Source of the DNA: the human T2T-CHM13v2.0 reference genome, Homo sapiens
Assembly (NCBI RefSeq): GCF_009914755.1
Contig: NC_060925.1
Strand: one strand, 5' to 3'
Length of the DNA: 64,000 nt
Part shown: one piece after another, positions 32,325 through 43,888 of the stretch
How positions within the stretch are numbered: the stretch's first letter is position 1
Layout of the letters: the number at the start of each line of letters is the position of its first letter
The notes under the pieces: model-generated
What the model was told of the DNA's origin: nothing
The model's database searches: none
The model's input: the letters and a program-made list of their open reading frames with translations, nothing else
Position numbers and translations under genes: made by a program

Positions 32325-33411
32325 ACATGTCAAGTGTTTACATCTACTATTCTGGGTTAGAGGGACTCCTTAAGCAGATGGAGTCTTATCATCTCTCCCA
32401 ATAACCACTCTTAAAGGTTTCTGAAGAGGAATGGGCAAACTGGCTTTGAAGGAAAGAATGAGATCTGCAGTAAGGCTCTTTCTCTGTGATGTTGAGAGCA
32501 ATAAAATATGTTAAATTAACTACTGTATCTTAGACAGGTGGCCTAGACTCAACTTCTAAATCTAGGTTCCTTGAGAGAGAAGAAACTTTGGGTTGATGAC
32601 AGAACCCCTTTTAAAATTTGGATGCTGGCTGTGGGGTTTGCCTGGAGGAAGTGGCTATGCATGGGAGTTGAATGCACAGGCCACTAAGAGCTTGTGCTGA
32701 AGTGTATGAGACACAGTGTTAGAGAAAAAATGGTCCTACCTTGAAGCCAGAGTCATGTTTTCACAGTCAAGGAAAAGGTAATTAATAACTCAGTGGAGTG
32801 TTTTATAAATATATAATAAGCAGGATAAACAATCAGCCCTATAGGAGATTCTGGCAGGGGCTGGGGGGGTGGTTCGAGGTGAAGGAGATAACTTTCCAGG
32901 AGGGTATGCTTAAAGGTTTCAAGGAGAAGATTGAGCTTGAGATGAACCATGAATGACAGGTAAGACTTTCAGAAGTGAGAAAGGGAAAATAATATTCTAG
33001 CTGGAAGAAAAATGTGTGGACAAATAGGTGGTTGAGAAAAGGTCTAGTGTATATGAAAAACAGTGAGTATGTCAGGAGGATTCTCTTAGGGAATAATGGG
33101 AAATATTTGGAAAGGTAAGTTGGCTCCAGAAAGTGAATTCTCTATTGAGGATTTTGTGTTTTTATCCATTCAGCAGTAGGAAAGCTTTGGAGAGTTTCGA
33201 TTTCAATTTGAAATGATGAAACAATGTTATTGTGTTGGTAGGATGCAGGATGGAGTGGATTAAATAAATTTAAGCCACAGAAATGACTTAGAAGTATACT
33301 TTAATACTTCAAATAAAAGAGGTAAAAGCCTGAACTTGGGAGTGACAATAAGAATAAAAAGGAAGGAAACAATGTGAGCAATATTGCAAAGAAAACTTTT
33401 AAAAATAAAAT

Positions 33412-33688
33412 GGTTGGGTGTAGTGGCTCACGCCTGTAATCCTAGAATTTTGGGAGGTGGAGATGGGCAGATCGCTTGAGCCCAGGGGTTCAAGACCAGC
33501 CTGGGCAACATGGTGAAACCCTGTCTCTACAAAAAGTACAAAAATTAGCCGGGTGTGGTGGCCCATGCCTGTAGTCCCAGTTACTCTGGAGGCTGAGGTG
33601 GGAGGAACACTTGAGCTTGGAGGTCAAGGCTGTAGTGGGCTGGGAGCGTGCCATTGCACTCCAGCCTGGGCAACAGAGCAAGACCTTG

Positions 33689-33690
<2 letters not shown>
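33412..33690 (+). mobile_element. AluJ (Jb-like)
   Basis: gatcgcttgagcccagg, ctgggcaacatgg, gaggtcaaggctg; the tail is replaced by (CA)n. Confidence 0.92.

Positions 33691-33729
<39 letters not shown>
33690..33729. repeat. (CA)20 microsatellite at the Alu tail
   Basis: Uninterrupted CA run. Confidence 0.97.
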
Positions 33730-33731
<2 letters not shown>

Positions 33732-33824
33732 AATTTTATTATATTAAACAACCTGAAAAGAGAGAAGTAAAAAATGACACTGAGCTTTTGAAACTGGGTG
33801 TCCAGAAAAGGAGCGAATTTTTGC

Positions 33825-34163
33825 TGTATCAGTTAAGGTAGACTGTTATGACAATTAAATACATAGATACAATGAAGTTTACTTCTTGCTTGTGTGATTT
33901 TCTTTAGTGAGATGGGTCTCTTCAAATGGTTCTTCTAGGACTTGAGTTCCTCAGCAGTGTGGTTTCTCCAAGACGTGAGGCTTCGTTGTCATTTGTTTCC
34001 AGCCAGCAGAAGGGAGAGGATTGTGGGGGCTGAACACGGCAGGTTTCTATGAGCCAGTCCTGAAGAAGCACCATTACTTCTGTTCTCAGAACTAACAACA
34101 GGGGAGTCTGGGACAGACCATCTAACTCCATTTTGACGAACACCCAGCAAGCAGTCTCTTCCA
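33825..34163 (-). mobile_element. Old MLT1 (I/J-like) LTR
   Basis: tgtatcagttaagg...aagtttacttcttgct...ccagccagcagaagggagag...ccattacttctgttc...gtctcttcca. Confidence 0.6.
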
Positions 34164-34732
34164 TTTTCACTTTATGAGAGGAATATTTATCTTATCAAAA
34201 TAATTTGTTTTGAAATTTAAAAGCCACTACATTTGTACCGTTTTTCATTTTTACTCTTTCGGATGTGAAAATTCTTCTTCATCAAAATTCTTAATTGGCC
34301 AATGTCCTATGTATTGCTTATTTTTCAGAAACATATCTATTGCATTAAATGAGGTGAGCTCACCTAATTTCTCAGTAACTCTTTAGAAGGCTCACATTGG
34401 AAAAAGAATTTTAAGTAAGAAAGGTATATTTGCTAACTATGGAATTTTCTGGCCTTTTTCTTCCTCCACTCCCTATCACATACATCTTCACTGGAAAATA
34501 AAGCAGCTTTATTATTGTGTTACTAGCAACCTGTAGAGGAAAAAACAAATTCGATAAGAAATCATTTAACCTTTTATTTCTTATATGCTAGTTATTAAAC
34601 AGAACGTAGTTTAATTTTAGAAAATAGATGGGATTTTTTTGCTGTGATTCTGCACGCAGCACCTGTTTCAGGGGCCTACAGAATGTAGTGGCACCTTTTA
34701 AAATATGACACCTAATTTGTTTTGTTTGGTTT

Positions 34733-36175
34733 TGAGAGGTGACAGCGTGCTGGCAGTCCTCAGAGCCCTCGCTTGCTCTCAGCACCTCCCCTGCCTGGGC
34801 TCCCACTTGGTGGCATTTGAGGAGCCCTTCAGTCCCCTACTGCACTGTGGGAACCCCTTTCTGGGCTGGCCAAGGCCGGAGCCCACTCCCTCAGCTTGCA
34901 GGGAGGTGTGGAGGGAGAGGCAAGAGCGGGAACCGGGGCTGTGTGCGGCACTTGCGGGCCAGCTGGAGTTCCGGGTGGGCGTGGGCTTGGTGGGCCCCGC
35001 ACTCGGAGCAACCAGCCAGCCCTGCTGGCCCCGGGCAATGGGGGACTTAGCACCCGGGCCAGTGGCTGTGGAGGGTGTACTGAGTCCCCCAGCAGTGCTG
35101 GCCCACCGGCGCTGCGCTCGATTTCTCGCCGGGCCTTGGCTGCCTTCCCACGGGGCAGGGCTCGGGACCTGCAGCCCACCATGCCTGAGCCTCCCACCCA
35201 CTCCATGGGCTCCTGTGTGGCCCGAGCCTCCCCGACGAGCGCCACCCCCTGCTCCATGGCGCCCAGTCCCATCAACCACCCAAGGGCTGAGGAATGCGAG
35301 CGCACGGCACAGGACTGGCAGGCAGCTCCACCTGCAGCCCCGGTGCCGGATCCACTAGGTGAAGCCAGCTGGGCTCCTGAGTCTGGTGGGGACGTGGAGA
35401 GTCTTTATATCTAGCTCAGGGATTGTAAATACACCAATCAGCACCCTGTGTTTAGCTCAAGGTTTGTCAGTGCACCAATCGACACTCTGTATCTAGCTGC
35501 TCTGGTGAGGACGTGGAGAGTCTTTATGTCTAGCTCAGGGATTGTAAAGACACCAATCAGCACTCTGTATCTAGCTCAAGGTTTGTAAATACACCAATCA
35601 GCACCCTGTGTCTAGCTCAGGGTTTGCGAATGCACCAATCAACACTGTATCTAGCTGCTCTGGTGGGGCCTTGGAGAACCTGTGTGTGGAAACTCTGTAT
35701 CTAACTAATCTGATGGGGAGGTGGAGAACCTTTGTATCTAGCTCAGGGATTGTAAACGCACCAATAAGCGCCCTGACAAAACAGGACACTCGGCTCTACC
35801 AATCAGCAGGATGTGGGTGGGGCCAGATAAGAGAATAAAAAGCAGGCTGCCCGAGCCAGCATTGGCAACCCGCTCGGGTCCCCTTCCCCACTGTGGAAGC
35901 TTTATTCTTTCGCTCTGCAATAAATCTTGCTACTGCTCAGTTTTTGGGTCCACGCTGCTTTTACGAGCTGTAACACTCACCGTGAAGATCTGCAGCTTCA
36001 CTCCTGAGCCAGCGAGACCACGAACCCACCAGAAGGAAGAAACTCCGAACACATCTGAACATCAGAAGAGACAGACTCCAGAAACGCCACCTTAAGAGCT
36101 GTAACACTCACTGCCAGGGTCCGTGGCTTCATTCTTGAAGTCAGTGAGACCAAGAACCCACCAATTCCGGACACA
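34733..36175 (+). mobile_element. LTR12C (ERV9) solo LTR, intact
   Basis: tgagaggtgacagcgtgctggcagtcctc...aagaacccaccaattccggacaca; perfect 4-bp TSD gttt (34729-32 / 36176-79). Confidence 0.97.
35400..35870 (+). promoter_or_regulatory. ERV9 U3 enhancer/promoter: tandem repeats of about 40 bp with 7 CCAAT (NF-Y) boxes, GC/GT box, GATA site and TATA-like box
   Basis: CCAAT at 35434, 35475, 35553, 35594, 35635, 35761 and 35799; gggtggggcc; agataa at 35825; aataaaaa at 35834. Activity not shown. Confidence 0.8.
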
Positions 36176-36298
36176 GTTTGATTTTGAAGAATCTTTTGCT
36201 TTCTACAAGAGATTTGGAGGATGACATTTAGAATAATATTGCAAATGGAATGTGCTTAGGAGAAGTATTGTGTATAGTGTTAGAGACTCCCTATTTCA

Positions 36299-36589
36299 TT
36301 TTTTTGTTTGTTTATTGTTGTCGTTTTAAGAGACAAGCTGTCACTCTGTCAGCCAGGCTAGAATGAGATGGCACCTTCTTATCTCACCGCAGCCTCAAAC
36401 TCCTGGGCTCAAAGGATCCTCTTGTCTCAGCCCCCCAACAGGTACACACCACCATACCCAGCTAATTTTTTGTAGAGACTCAATCTCACTGTGTTGCCCA
36501 GGCTGGTTTCAAACTCCTGATCTCAATGATCCTCCTGCCTTGGCCTCCCAAAGTGCTGAGATTACAGGTATGAGCCACTGCACCAAGCC
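36299..36589 (-). mobile_element. AluJ (diverged, small internal deletions)
   Basis: gcagcctcaaactcctgggctcaa...gttgcccaggctgg...tgagccactgcaccaagcc. Confidence 0.88.
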
Positions 36590-36599
36590 TTATTTGGTG

Positions 36600-36845
36600 G
36601 TTTCTCTTCTTGGTTTAATGTTGGCACTTCCTCCCTTAACTTCATGACTTTGGGCGATAACCCCTCCATCATGCTATTTCTACAAAACATACTATTGTTT
36701 TTACTATTTTTAAAATAGTAGAAACTATAGTGTGTACCTCACAGTTTATAATCAAGAGTAAATGGTATACTGTGAGTCAGATGCATAGCATGATACCTGT
36801 CACACAGCAAAAGCTCCATTAATGGGTAAATGTCTGCTATTATTG
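36600..36845 (+). mobile_element. MIR (continues from about 36260, split by the Alu)
   Basis: tgactttgggc...tacctcacag...tagcatgatacctgtcacacagcaaaagctccattaatg...gctattatt. Confidence 0.65.
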
Positions 36846-38134
36846 CTCAGAGAGAATAAAAGGAAGGTGCCTCAAAATGTCTTTAAAATGACCATGAAGA
36901 ATCCATATCCTTTCTCACATTCATATAGAACCTCCTCTAATTGAAAAGCTCATCTCTAAGAACACTGTTACTTATCACTTGTATGGTGATATGAAATGAG
37001 AAGTGTCCTTTGGGAGCCTGCCATGTAAGTCCAATGTTACCGACACAGGCAAGATGCACAACAAAGACAAATCAAAATGAAGTCTCCACGCTAAGAATTT
37101 ACATTAAGTACAACGAAAGAGATAAATGCATTTTTTTGGTTTGCTTCATGAGACCTCTGGTATGATGAGTTGGCTCATTACATTTGCTTTTTTTAAAAGG
37201 AACCCTATAAGACATTATCAAGAGACTTTTCAATCCAATCTATTTGTGATTGCATCTTTGTTTTCAAAGAAACTATTTTTGGAATTGTTGGTTTAGAGTT
37301 CCATCTCTTAGTGTGGTCAAAATTAACTACTTAGAGATACTAGGCAGGATGTAACTGAGTCAGCTAATGGAACTCATGTGTTGAAGAAAAATTTCTTGAC
37401 AAAGAAAAAAAAAATGGAAGGTTGGGGCTAGAGGAAGCACCCATGGGAATAATAATGTGATTTAGAATATGCCTTACTACACTGGCATCTGAAAAGATTT
37501 TATATCATCTTCTTTCTTGAAAGGAAATTAAATTGCCATAAGAGGCTATGCTATCCTAAAATGGTAGCCATCTTTTTGTTTATTTTTAATTAAATTCCAT
37601 CCAGATAAGGGATCCTCATCTTCTTTCATATGGGCTTTTCGGACTGCCACTGATCCATGTACCAGATAAACAAAACACCTTCCAAATTCAATCCATTTGG
37701 GATAGCTACTTTCAAAAGCAGTGTTTTAAGAATCAGATAACTCCTAATATCTTTTGGTAGGGAAAGGGAAATTCCTATTTATTTTAGTGGCTGGAATTAC
37801 CTCTGAGGCCTGAGAGAAAAGTTACCCCCCAAAGAAGGAGAATGTAATCTAATTCTTCCTGAGTGCTTGCACTAGGGAAAGTAAGCAGCTGTCTGTTGTC
37901 ATTTGAAGGGCTCTGTGACAGCTCCCTACCCTTTAAAATAAGCAAACAAAGAAACAAAAATAAAAACCACTTATATCCATTAGCCCTGCCAAAGTGCTCA
38001 CAATTCTCACATTCATTAATTCACTTGTTACTGAGAACTGATCAGGCACAGGCCACGTGCTAGGCACTGGAAGCACAAGCCCTGTTCTCACAAGCCCACA
38101 ATCCAATCATATTATGTAACCTTTGGTAGAAGAA

Positions 38135-38300
38135 TACTTTCCAGAGTGTGTTCTGCAAAACAAGTTTATAGTATAATATAAATTGTGATCTGTAAAAACG
38201 GTAAAGACTTCTGCAAGCAAATACACTTGAGAAATAAGTTAAAAACCATATATACAATTTTCATTTACTGAGTAGTTCTCAGTATCTTTAATATGCCCCC
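38135..38300 (+). mobile_element. MER103C-like hAT fragment
   Basis: tttccagagtgtgttctg...tttactgagtagttctcagtatctttaatatgc. Confidence 0.55.
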
Positions 38301-38624
38301 CAGACACCACTGAGTGCATTGTTGAATGCAGAGGGAAGGATGGATGGCTGAGGGGGAAGGATGAATGCAGCAGGGTTTGGATAAGACCCTAACTAGAATG
38401 ACCAGATTTCCTTAGCCCTTTCGATTTTTCCCATTATCACTGAATTTCGGTTTGATTGTTGCTCCTACATTTTGCAATAAATGCCAGCATTAAGTTTTAG
38501 TTTTATCTCTTTATGGGTACCCAATCCTATATTACTTTATGTAACTAAGCTATACCAGTTCCCGTTACTTGCACTGCTTGGTGACATTAGGGATAAAGAA
38601 AAGGGCATGAGTTTGAGAGTTACA

Positions 38625-38800
38625 ATAGCTTTAGCACACTGACTGGCACTCAATGGAGCCTCAGTAAATATTTGTTAAATAAATGAGCAAATATCCGGAC
38701 TTAAATTCCAGCTCTGCCATTTCCTAGTTGTTATTTGAACATTCTGAGCCTTAGTTTAGTCAACTGTAACATGGGACAATGGTATTCATTTTAAAAGAAA
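38625..38800 (+). mobile_element. L2 3' end followed by a MIR fragment
   Basis: tagcacactgactggcac...gcctcagtaaatatttgttaaataaatga; ttaaattccagctctgccatttcctag...ctgagccttagttt. Confidence 0.6.
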
Positions 38801-39159
38801 GTGATCAATAAGTCAGCTATTTTCACTTCTAGTGGAAGTAAATTTTGCTTTTCTCTTTTGGAACTACATTACCTAAGTTTATATGACTCCTCCTCGCTTT
38901 TATTTCGTGGTTTTAATACATGTACTGACTAGGTCACTTTTTCCAAGTCTGGGCTTCACTATTTGTTCTTGTTTTCTTGTCAGAATTAAAACTTTAGAGA
39001 AATCTGAAGGACCAATTCAAAAGTCACTACAGTCCTTTCTTTCCAGATTCCATCTTTATTCCATAATTATTTAATGAATGCTGAGTATTCTGAGGGTTCT
39101 GTGCTAGGCACTGAGGCTATGGTAGGCAAGGGTCCTACCGCTATGAATATTAGCAGCAT

Positions 39160-39700
39160 GAGAAACCAGGGGGACCCAGAATTAAAGAACACTCATCTCT
39201 AGGCTGAAAGACCTTTGTTGTATCCAGCATATGAATAGAAAAATAACCACAGCAAGGCACATTATTACAATACTTCAATACACCAAGAATAATGGAAAGA
39301 TGTCCAAAGTAAAATAATAAAAACAGGACATATAAATAGAAGAATGCCAACAGCCTTCTCACCAGCAACATCAATGCAACATGCCTAGGGAGAAAAGACT
39401 TCAAAAGTCTTTTATCTGTCACCACTCTTGGTTAGGAAATTATTGGAAGACTTGTACCAGCAAAAGAGAAAAACAATAATAGAAAAAGACATAGAACCCA
39501 GGAAACAGTGGTTTCAACCCCCACAAAATCAGTGAAACTGAGTCCTGGGGTGACTGTAGAGCAGGTTTACAGAGGAAACTGTCCAGATTGAAGCAAGAGG
39601 AAGAAATCCCTGGAAGAGATGTTTTCATGAAAAGTGTGAGGACTTAAAAGAATAAATAATGCAGTGATACATTCTGAAAGGCAAGTGTATAAAATTATTC
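39160..39700 (+). mobile_element. HAL1 / old L1 ORF1-related fragment
   Basis: caaggcacattattacaatacttcaatacacc, gccttctcaccagcaaca, gaaaaagacatagaacccaggaaacag, gtccagattgaagcaag. Confidence 0.6.
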
Positions 39701-39793
39701 AGGTGAAAATATCATCAATCACCATCACAGGCAGAATCACTACTGAGTTCTGCAGTGACCGGAGGTTTACATTGCCATCATAAACCAAGCATT

Positions 39794-40220
39794 TGCACTA
39801 GTTTCTTAGGGTACCAAAGCAAAATACTAGTGAGCACATACACTTGAGAAATATGAACTCTTGCACTTCAATGGAAATTGAGGGACAAGTTATTTAGAAC
39901 TTTCTAGGAAAGGGTCAGTAACTTCCGGGTCATTGCCATGGCATAAACTGTGTGGCTTAAAACAATAGAAATCTTTTGTCTCCCAGTTCTAGGGTCTTAA
40001 AAATTCAAAGGCAAGTTGTCAGCAGGGCCATGTTCCCTCTGGAACTTGAAGTAGATTCTTTCCCTGCCTCTTCCTAGATTTTGGTAGTGGCCAGTAATCT
40101 TGAGTGCCCCTTGGCTTGCAGCTGAATCACTTCAATCTCTTCCTGTCACCGCATGGTCTTCTCCCAGTGTGCCTGTCTTCACATAGCGCTTCTCTCTTCT
40201 TTTAAAGGCAACAGTCATTT
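39794..40220 (-). mobile_element. MLT1C-like LTR fragment containing a 114-bp insertion
   Basis: tgcactagtttcttaggg...aaaatac [insert] cataaactgtgtggcttaaaacaatagaaat...gcagggccatgttccctctg...ccttggcttg. Confidence 0.85.
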
Positions 40221-40264
40221 TTCGTCAGTTTTGACAGGTGAATTTTGCTCTGATGAATTCTGCT

Positions 40265-41505
40265 ATTTTTTAAAATAAAATTTTGAGGTAGTTTTAGATT
40301 TACAGAAAAGCTGAGAAGATGATAGAGTTCCCATATACTCCACACTCAATTTCTCCTATTATTACTAATAACATGTTATTAATGTACATTTGTCACAACT
40401 AATGAACCAATATTAATAATTAACTAAAATTTTTATTTTATTCAGATATGCTTAGTTTTTACCTAATGTTCTTTTTCTGTTCCAGGATACCACATAGGTT
40501 TAATTATTGTCTCCTTACACTCCTCTTGGTTGTGACAGTTTCTCAGACCTTCCTTGTTTCTGAGGACCATGACAGTTTTGAGGAGTACTGCTCAGGGATT
40601 TTTGTAGAATGTCCCTCACCTGGGATTTGCCCAATGTTTTTCTCATGATTTTGGTGCAGGACAGGCAGATCTCAGCCCAGGAGAGTTCTTGGCTTTGCCT
40701 AGTAAAGAATTCAAGAGTGAGGTGGTGGTGTTAGACAGCAATCTTCTATTGAAGGGTACTGCTCCTTGTAGAGTAGGGCCAACTCAAAGACACTGCACCC
40801 AGAGTCAGCAACATATGGGCTTTTTGCAACTCTATTTATACTCATGTGAACCCACTTTTAATTGTATGCAAATTAAGAGGTTGATCAATGCAAATTGAGG
40901 GGTGGGTCATTTAGAACTTTGTAGGGAAGGGGCCATAACTTCTGGATTGTGTTCACAGAAAGGGGTGGTAACTTCCAGGTCATTGCCATGGCATTTGTAA
41001 ACTGTCATTGCACTGGTGTGAGTGCCTTATGCTAGTGAGCAGTAAGGGCAATTATGGATCCCTTTTGTCGCCATCTGCTGGTTGCTGCTGGTTTTTTCTC
41101 TTCATCCTGTCTGGACCAGATCCTATTTTGGTCCACAAGGTTGTGACCAGAAAACAAGTCCTGCTGGTCTCTTACCTCAATTAGCCTGGGCTTATGGATT
41201 TTAAGAAGAAGGCTACAGAGGCAAAGTGCCATTTTCAGCTCATTATACTAAAAGCATGCACTACCAAATTGATTTGTCACTTATTACTATTAACCTGCAC
41301 ACATAGCTGAGATAGTGTCAATCAGATTTCTGGACAAAATATTACTCTTTTTTTCCCCCTTTCCAAACTATATCCTTTGAAAGAAGTTACCGTGCACAGC
41401 CCACACTTAAGGAGTGAAGTTATTCTCTACTCTTTGAGGGCAGTGAGTCTACATACATTATTTGGAATTCATTGGTATAGGAAATTTTTCTATTGTCTTC
41501 TATTG
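40265..41505 (-). mobile_element. L1MC/L1MD-type 3'UTR, split by MER66
   Basis: gttttagatttacagaaaag...gacagttttgaggagtactg...tctcatgatt | attagcctgggcttatgg...aaagtgccatt. Confidence 0.85.
40652..41179 (-). mobile_element. MER66-family (ERV1) solo LTR
   Basis: Ends gtgaccagaaaacaagtcctgctggtctcttacctca, the reverse complement of the MER66 5' end; internal ggtaacttccaggtcattgccatggcatttgtaaac; TSD attt/atta. Confidence 0.85.
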
Positions 41506-42732
41506 TTTTTGTTTTGTGAGCCAGCCTTATTAGTATAACCACCTTGACTACTAATATCATTATTATTGGACTGAATCAATACTCTAAAATTTAAAACTTT
41601 GATAGGAAAAATAGAAACTTGAAAAACAGTCTATGTTAAAGCTGCAAATAGTTTTTTAAAATGGCAATGGACTCATTTGTCATGCACGGGTAGCAAAGAT
41701 CATTTAAAATTGAGATCTTTGAGGGCTATCATTCTAAGGAATGGCCCTGTGTAACATTCTGTAAAAGGTTGTCCATGGTATAGGCAGATGTTATGGATGA
41801 GAATTTGCAACCAGAACCACTGATGCATTATAAATAGTATATATTTTTTTCTAAATAAATGTGAATCTAATCCTGAATCAGTTCAATCTCAGTTATTACT
41901 GGGTCTGATAAAAGTCTTGAGAGTTTTAAATACTCCTTTCTGGACACTAGGAATGTGTGTCCTTTGTCCCATCCTGCAGAGTCTTTTCATGACCAGTGGC
42001 TTTGCCACCTCAGTCCCATAATTGGAACAAGGGAATCTCTGCCAAGGAATCATACGGCAAAGTGCAGCCTTCCAAGGCATGTCGGGCAGTCATCCCTCTG
42101 GGCCTTGCCCTGCATCCAGGCTACTGCCATGGGGCAGTGCTTAATGGACCAAGGTGCTGATACTGAGTGGGCGCCATGACCTTTCCTCCCTTACTGTATC
42201 AAGAATTCCATTTTTCAACTGGCTCTTGGATATTCTTCCTTAACTTCCCCCTGCCCAGGATACTTAATAGGTTTAATTAAGTAATTGCAGCTGACAAAAC
42301 AAGTAGGACCTGATTTCATCAGCTACTGCATTCTCTCCTGCAGGAATTTTTGGGACATGAAAATCTAAAATGCCTGGTTTACCTATTTGGAATCAGAAAA
42401 AAAAACAATGGGATCAAACCACAAGTTAAAACCTCAAAAAAAGTTATCCTGCCATTTTCTTTGCTTGTAAATTCGTTTCAGCCAAGAGAATGTACTTCCC
42501 ATTTCAATGTCCCCCACTGAGAGGACGGACCCTAGGTCTCTGTCCAGAGTTGGACAACTCTCATTCACAAATAAAAGATAAAGGGTAGCAATTCCCACAC
42601 ACAAAGCCACCCTACCCGTGTGGATATTTCCATTAGGCTCTAGGCCCAATGAAAACTTGAAACTTCCCAGTCCTCCCAGCACTGATTCTAGCCCATCCTA
42701 GTGGTTCTGCCTCACTCTGTGTTTAAAGACTA

Positions 42733-43510
42733 AAAATTTTAAAACAGACTATTTTTTAGAGCAGTGTTGGGTTAACAGCAAAACCAAACAGATAGTACAG
42801 AGAGTTCCATTATACTTCCTGCCTCTACACATGCTCAGCCTCCCCAGCTATCAACCTCCACCAGAGTAGTACATTTGTTACGACTGCTGAGCCTGCATTG
42901 ATCCATCAATATCACCCAAAATCCACAGTTTACATTAGCATTCACTCTTGGTGTTGTACTTCCTATGGGTTTGGACAAATGTTTAATGCCATGCATCTAT
43001 CATTATAGTAACATATAAAGTAGTTTCACTGCTCCAAAAATCCTATGTGCTCTGCCTGTTCATTCCTCTCTCCATCTCCTCTCACCCCTGGCAACCCAGG
43101 ATCATTTTATTATCTCTAAAAAAGTTTGCCTTTGCTAGAATGTCATATAGTTGGAATCATACAGCATGGAGCCTTTTCAAATTGGCTTCTTTTATTCAGT
43201 AATATGCATTTATGTTTTCCCCATTCTTTTTTCTTGGCTTGATAGCTCATTTCCTTTTAGCACTGAATAATATTCCATTGTCTGGATGTACTTCAGTTTA
43301 TGTATCCATTCACTTACTGAAGGACACCTTGGTGGCTTCCAAGTTTTGGCAATTATAATTGAAGCTGCTGTGAACATCCATGGGCAGGTTTCTGTGTGGA
43401 CATAAGTTCTCAACCCCTTAGGGTAAGTATCAAGAAGAGTGATTGTGATTGCTGGCTCATGTGCTAAGAGTATGTTTAGTTTTGTTAAGAAACTGCCAAA
43501 CCATCTTCCC
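42733..43510 (-). mobile_element. L1MC1-like 3' end
   Basis: ttttagagcagt...gtacagagagttcc...ttcactcttggtgttgtac...; the - strand ORF reads LLDTYPKGLRTYVHTETC.WMFTAA..IIAKTWK.P.CPS. Confidence 0.88.
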
Positions 43511-43810
43511 ACTGTTTAGGGATTTTAAAACTGGCAGAAAGTTCAGTTGGTCCTCAACCAATTCTACAGCCATGTCTCTGCATCATCAGAGTCCCTGCGC
43601 CAGCGATCAGGAGAGAGTTCTCAGGACTATGATGGGTGAGTAGTCAGCCACACCAGAGCCAGGCAATCATCTCTCAATGAAAATTCTGGCCTTGATACCT
43701 CCTCTTCCTGATTATTGAGAAAAAGGAATGCTGATGATTTGGCTTGTGCTCTTCAGAGATCAGAGTTGGTGCATGCTCTGGTTCCTCTTTGGGTTTCTGA
43801 GCCCTAGCCC

Positions 43811-43812
<2 letters not shown>

Positions 43813-43888
<76 letters not shown>
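43813..43888. repeat. Compound microsatellite (CA)25(GA)13
   Basis: Pure runs, counted from the sequence. Confidence 0.97.

Larger units (their letters stand above)
32720..33810 (-). mobile_element. L2 fragment(s), interrupted by AluJ
   Basis: tttcaaggagaagattgagcttgagatgaacc, cagcagtaggaaagctttggagagttt, aaaagcctgaactt, gagaagtaaaaaatgacactgagcttttg. Confidence 0.6.

Noticed and set aside
34705-35414. Overlapping ORFs of 103-217 aa
   Set aside because: They lie in the GC-rich U3 of LTR12C; stop-poor composition opens ORFs on both strands, and none resembles a protein family.
35400-35810. Regularly spaced repeats resembling a CRISPR array
   Set aside because: These are the ERV9/LTR12 enhancer tandem repeats: no unique spacers, no cas genes, human context.
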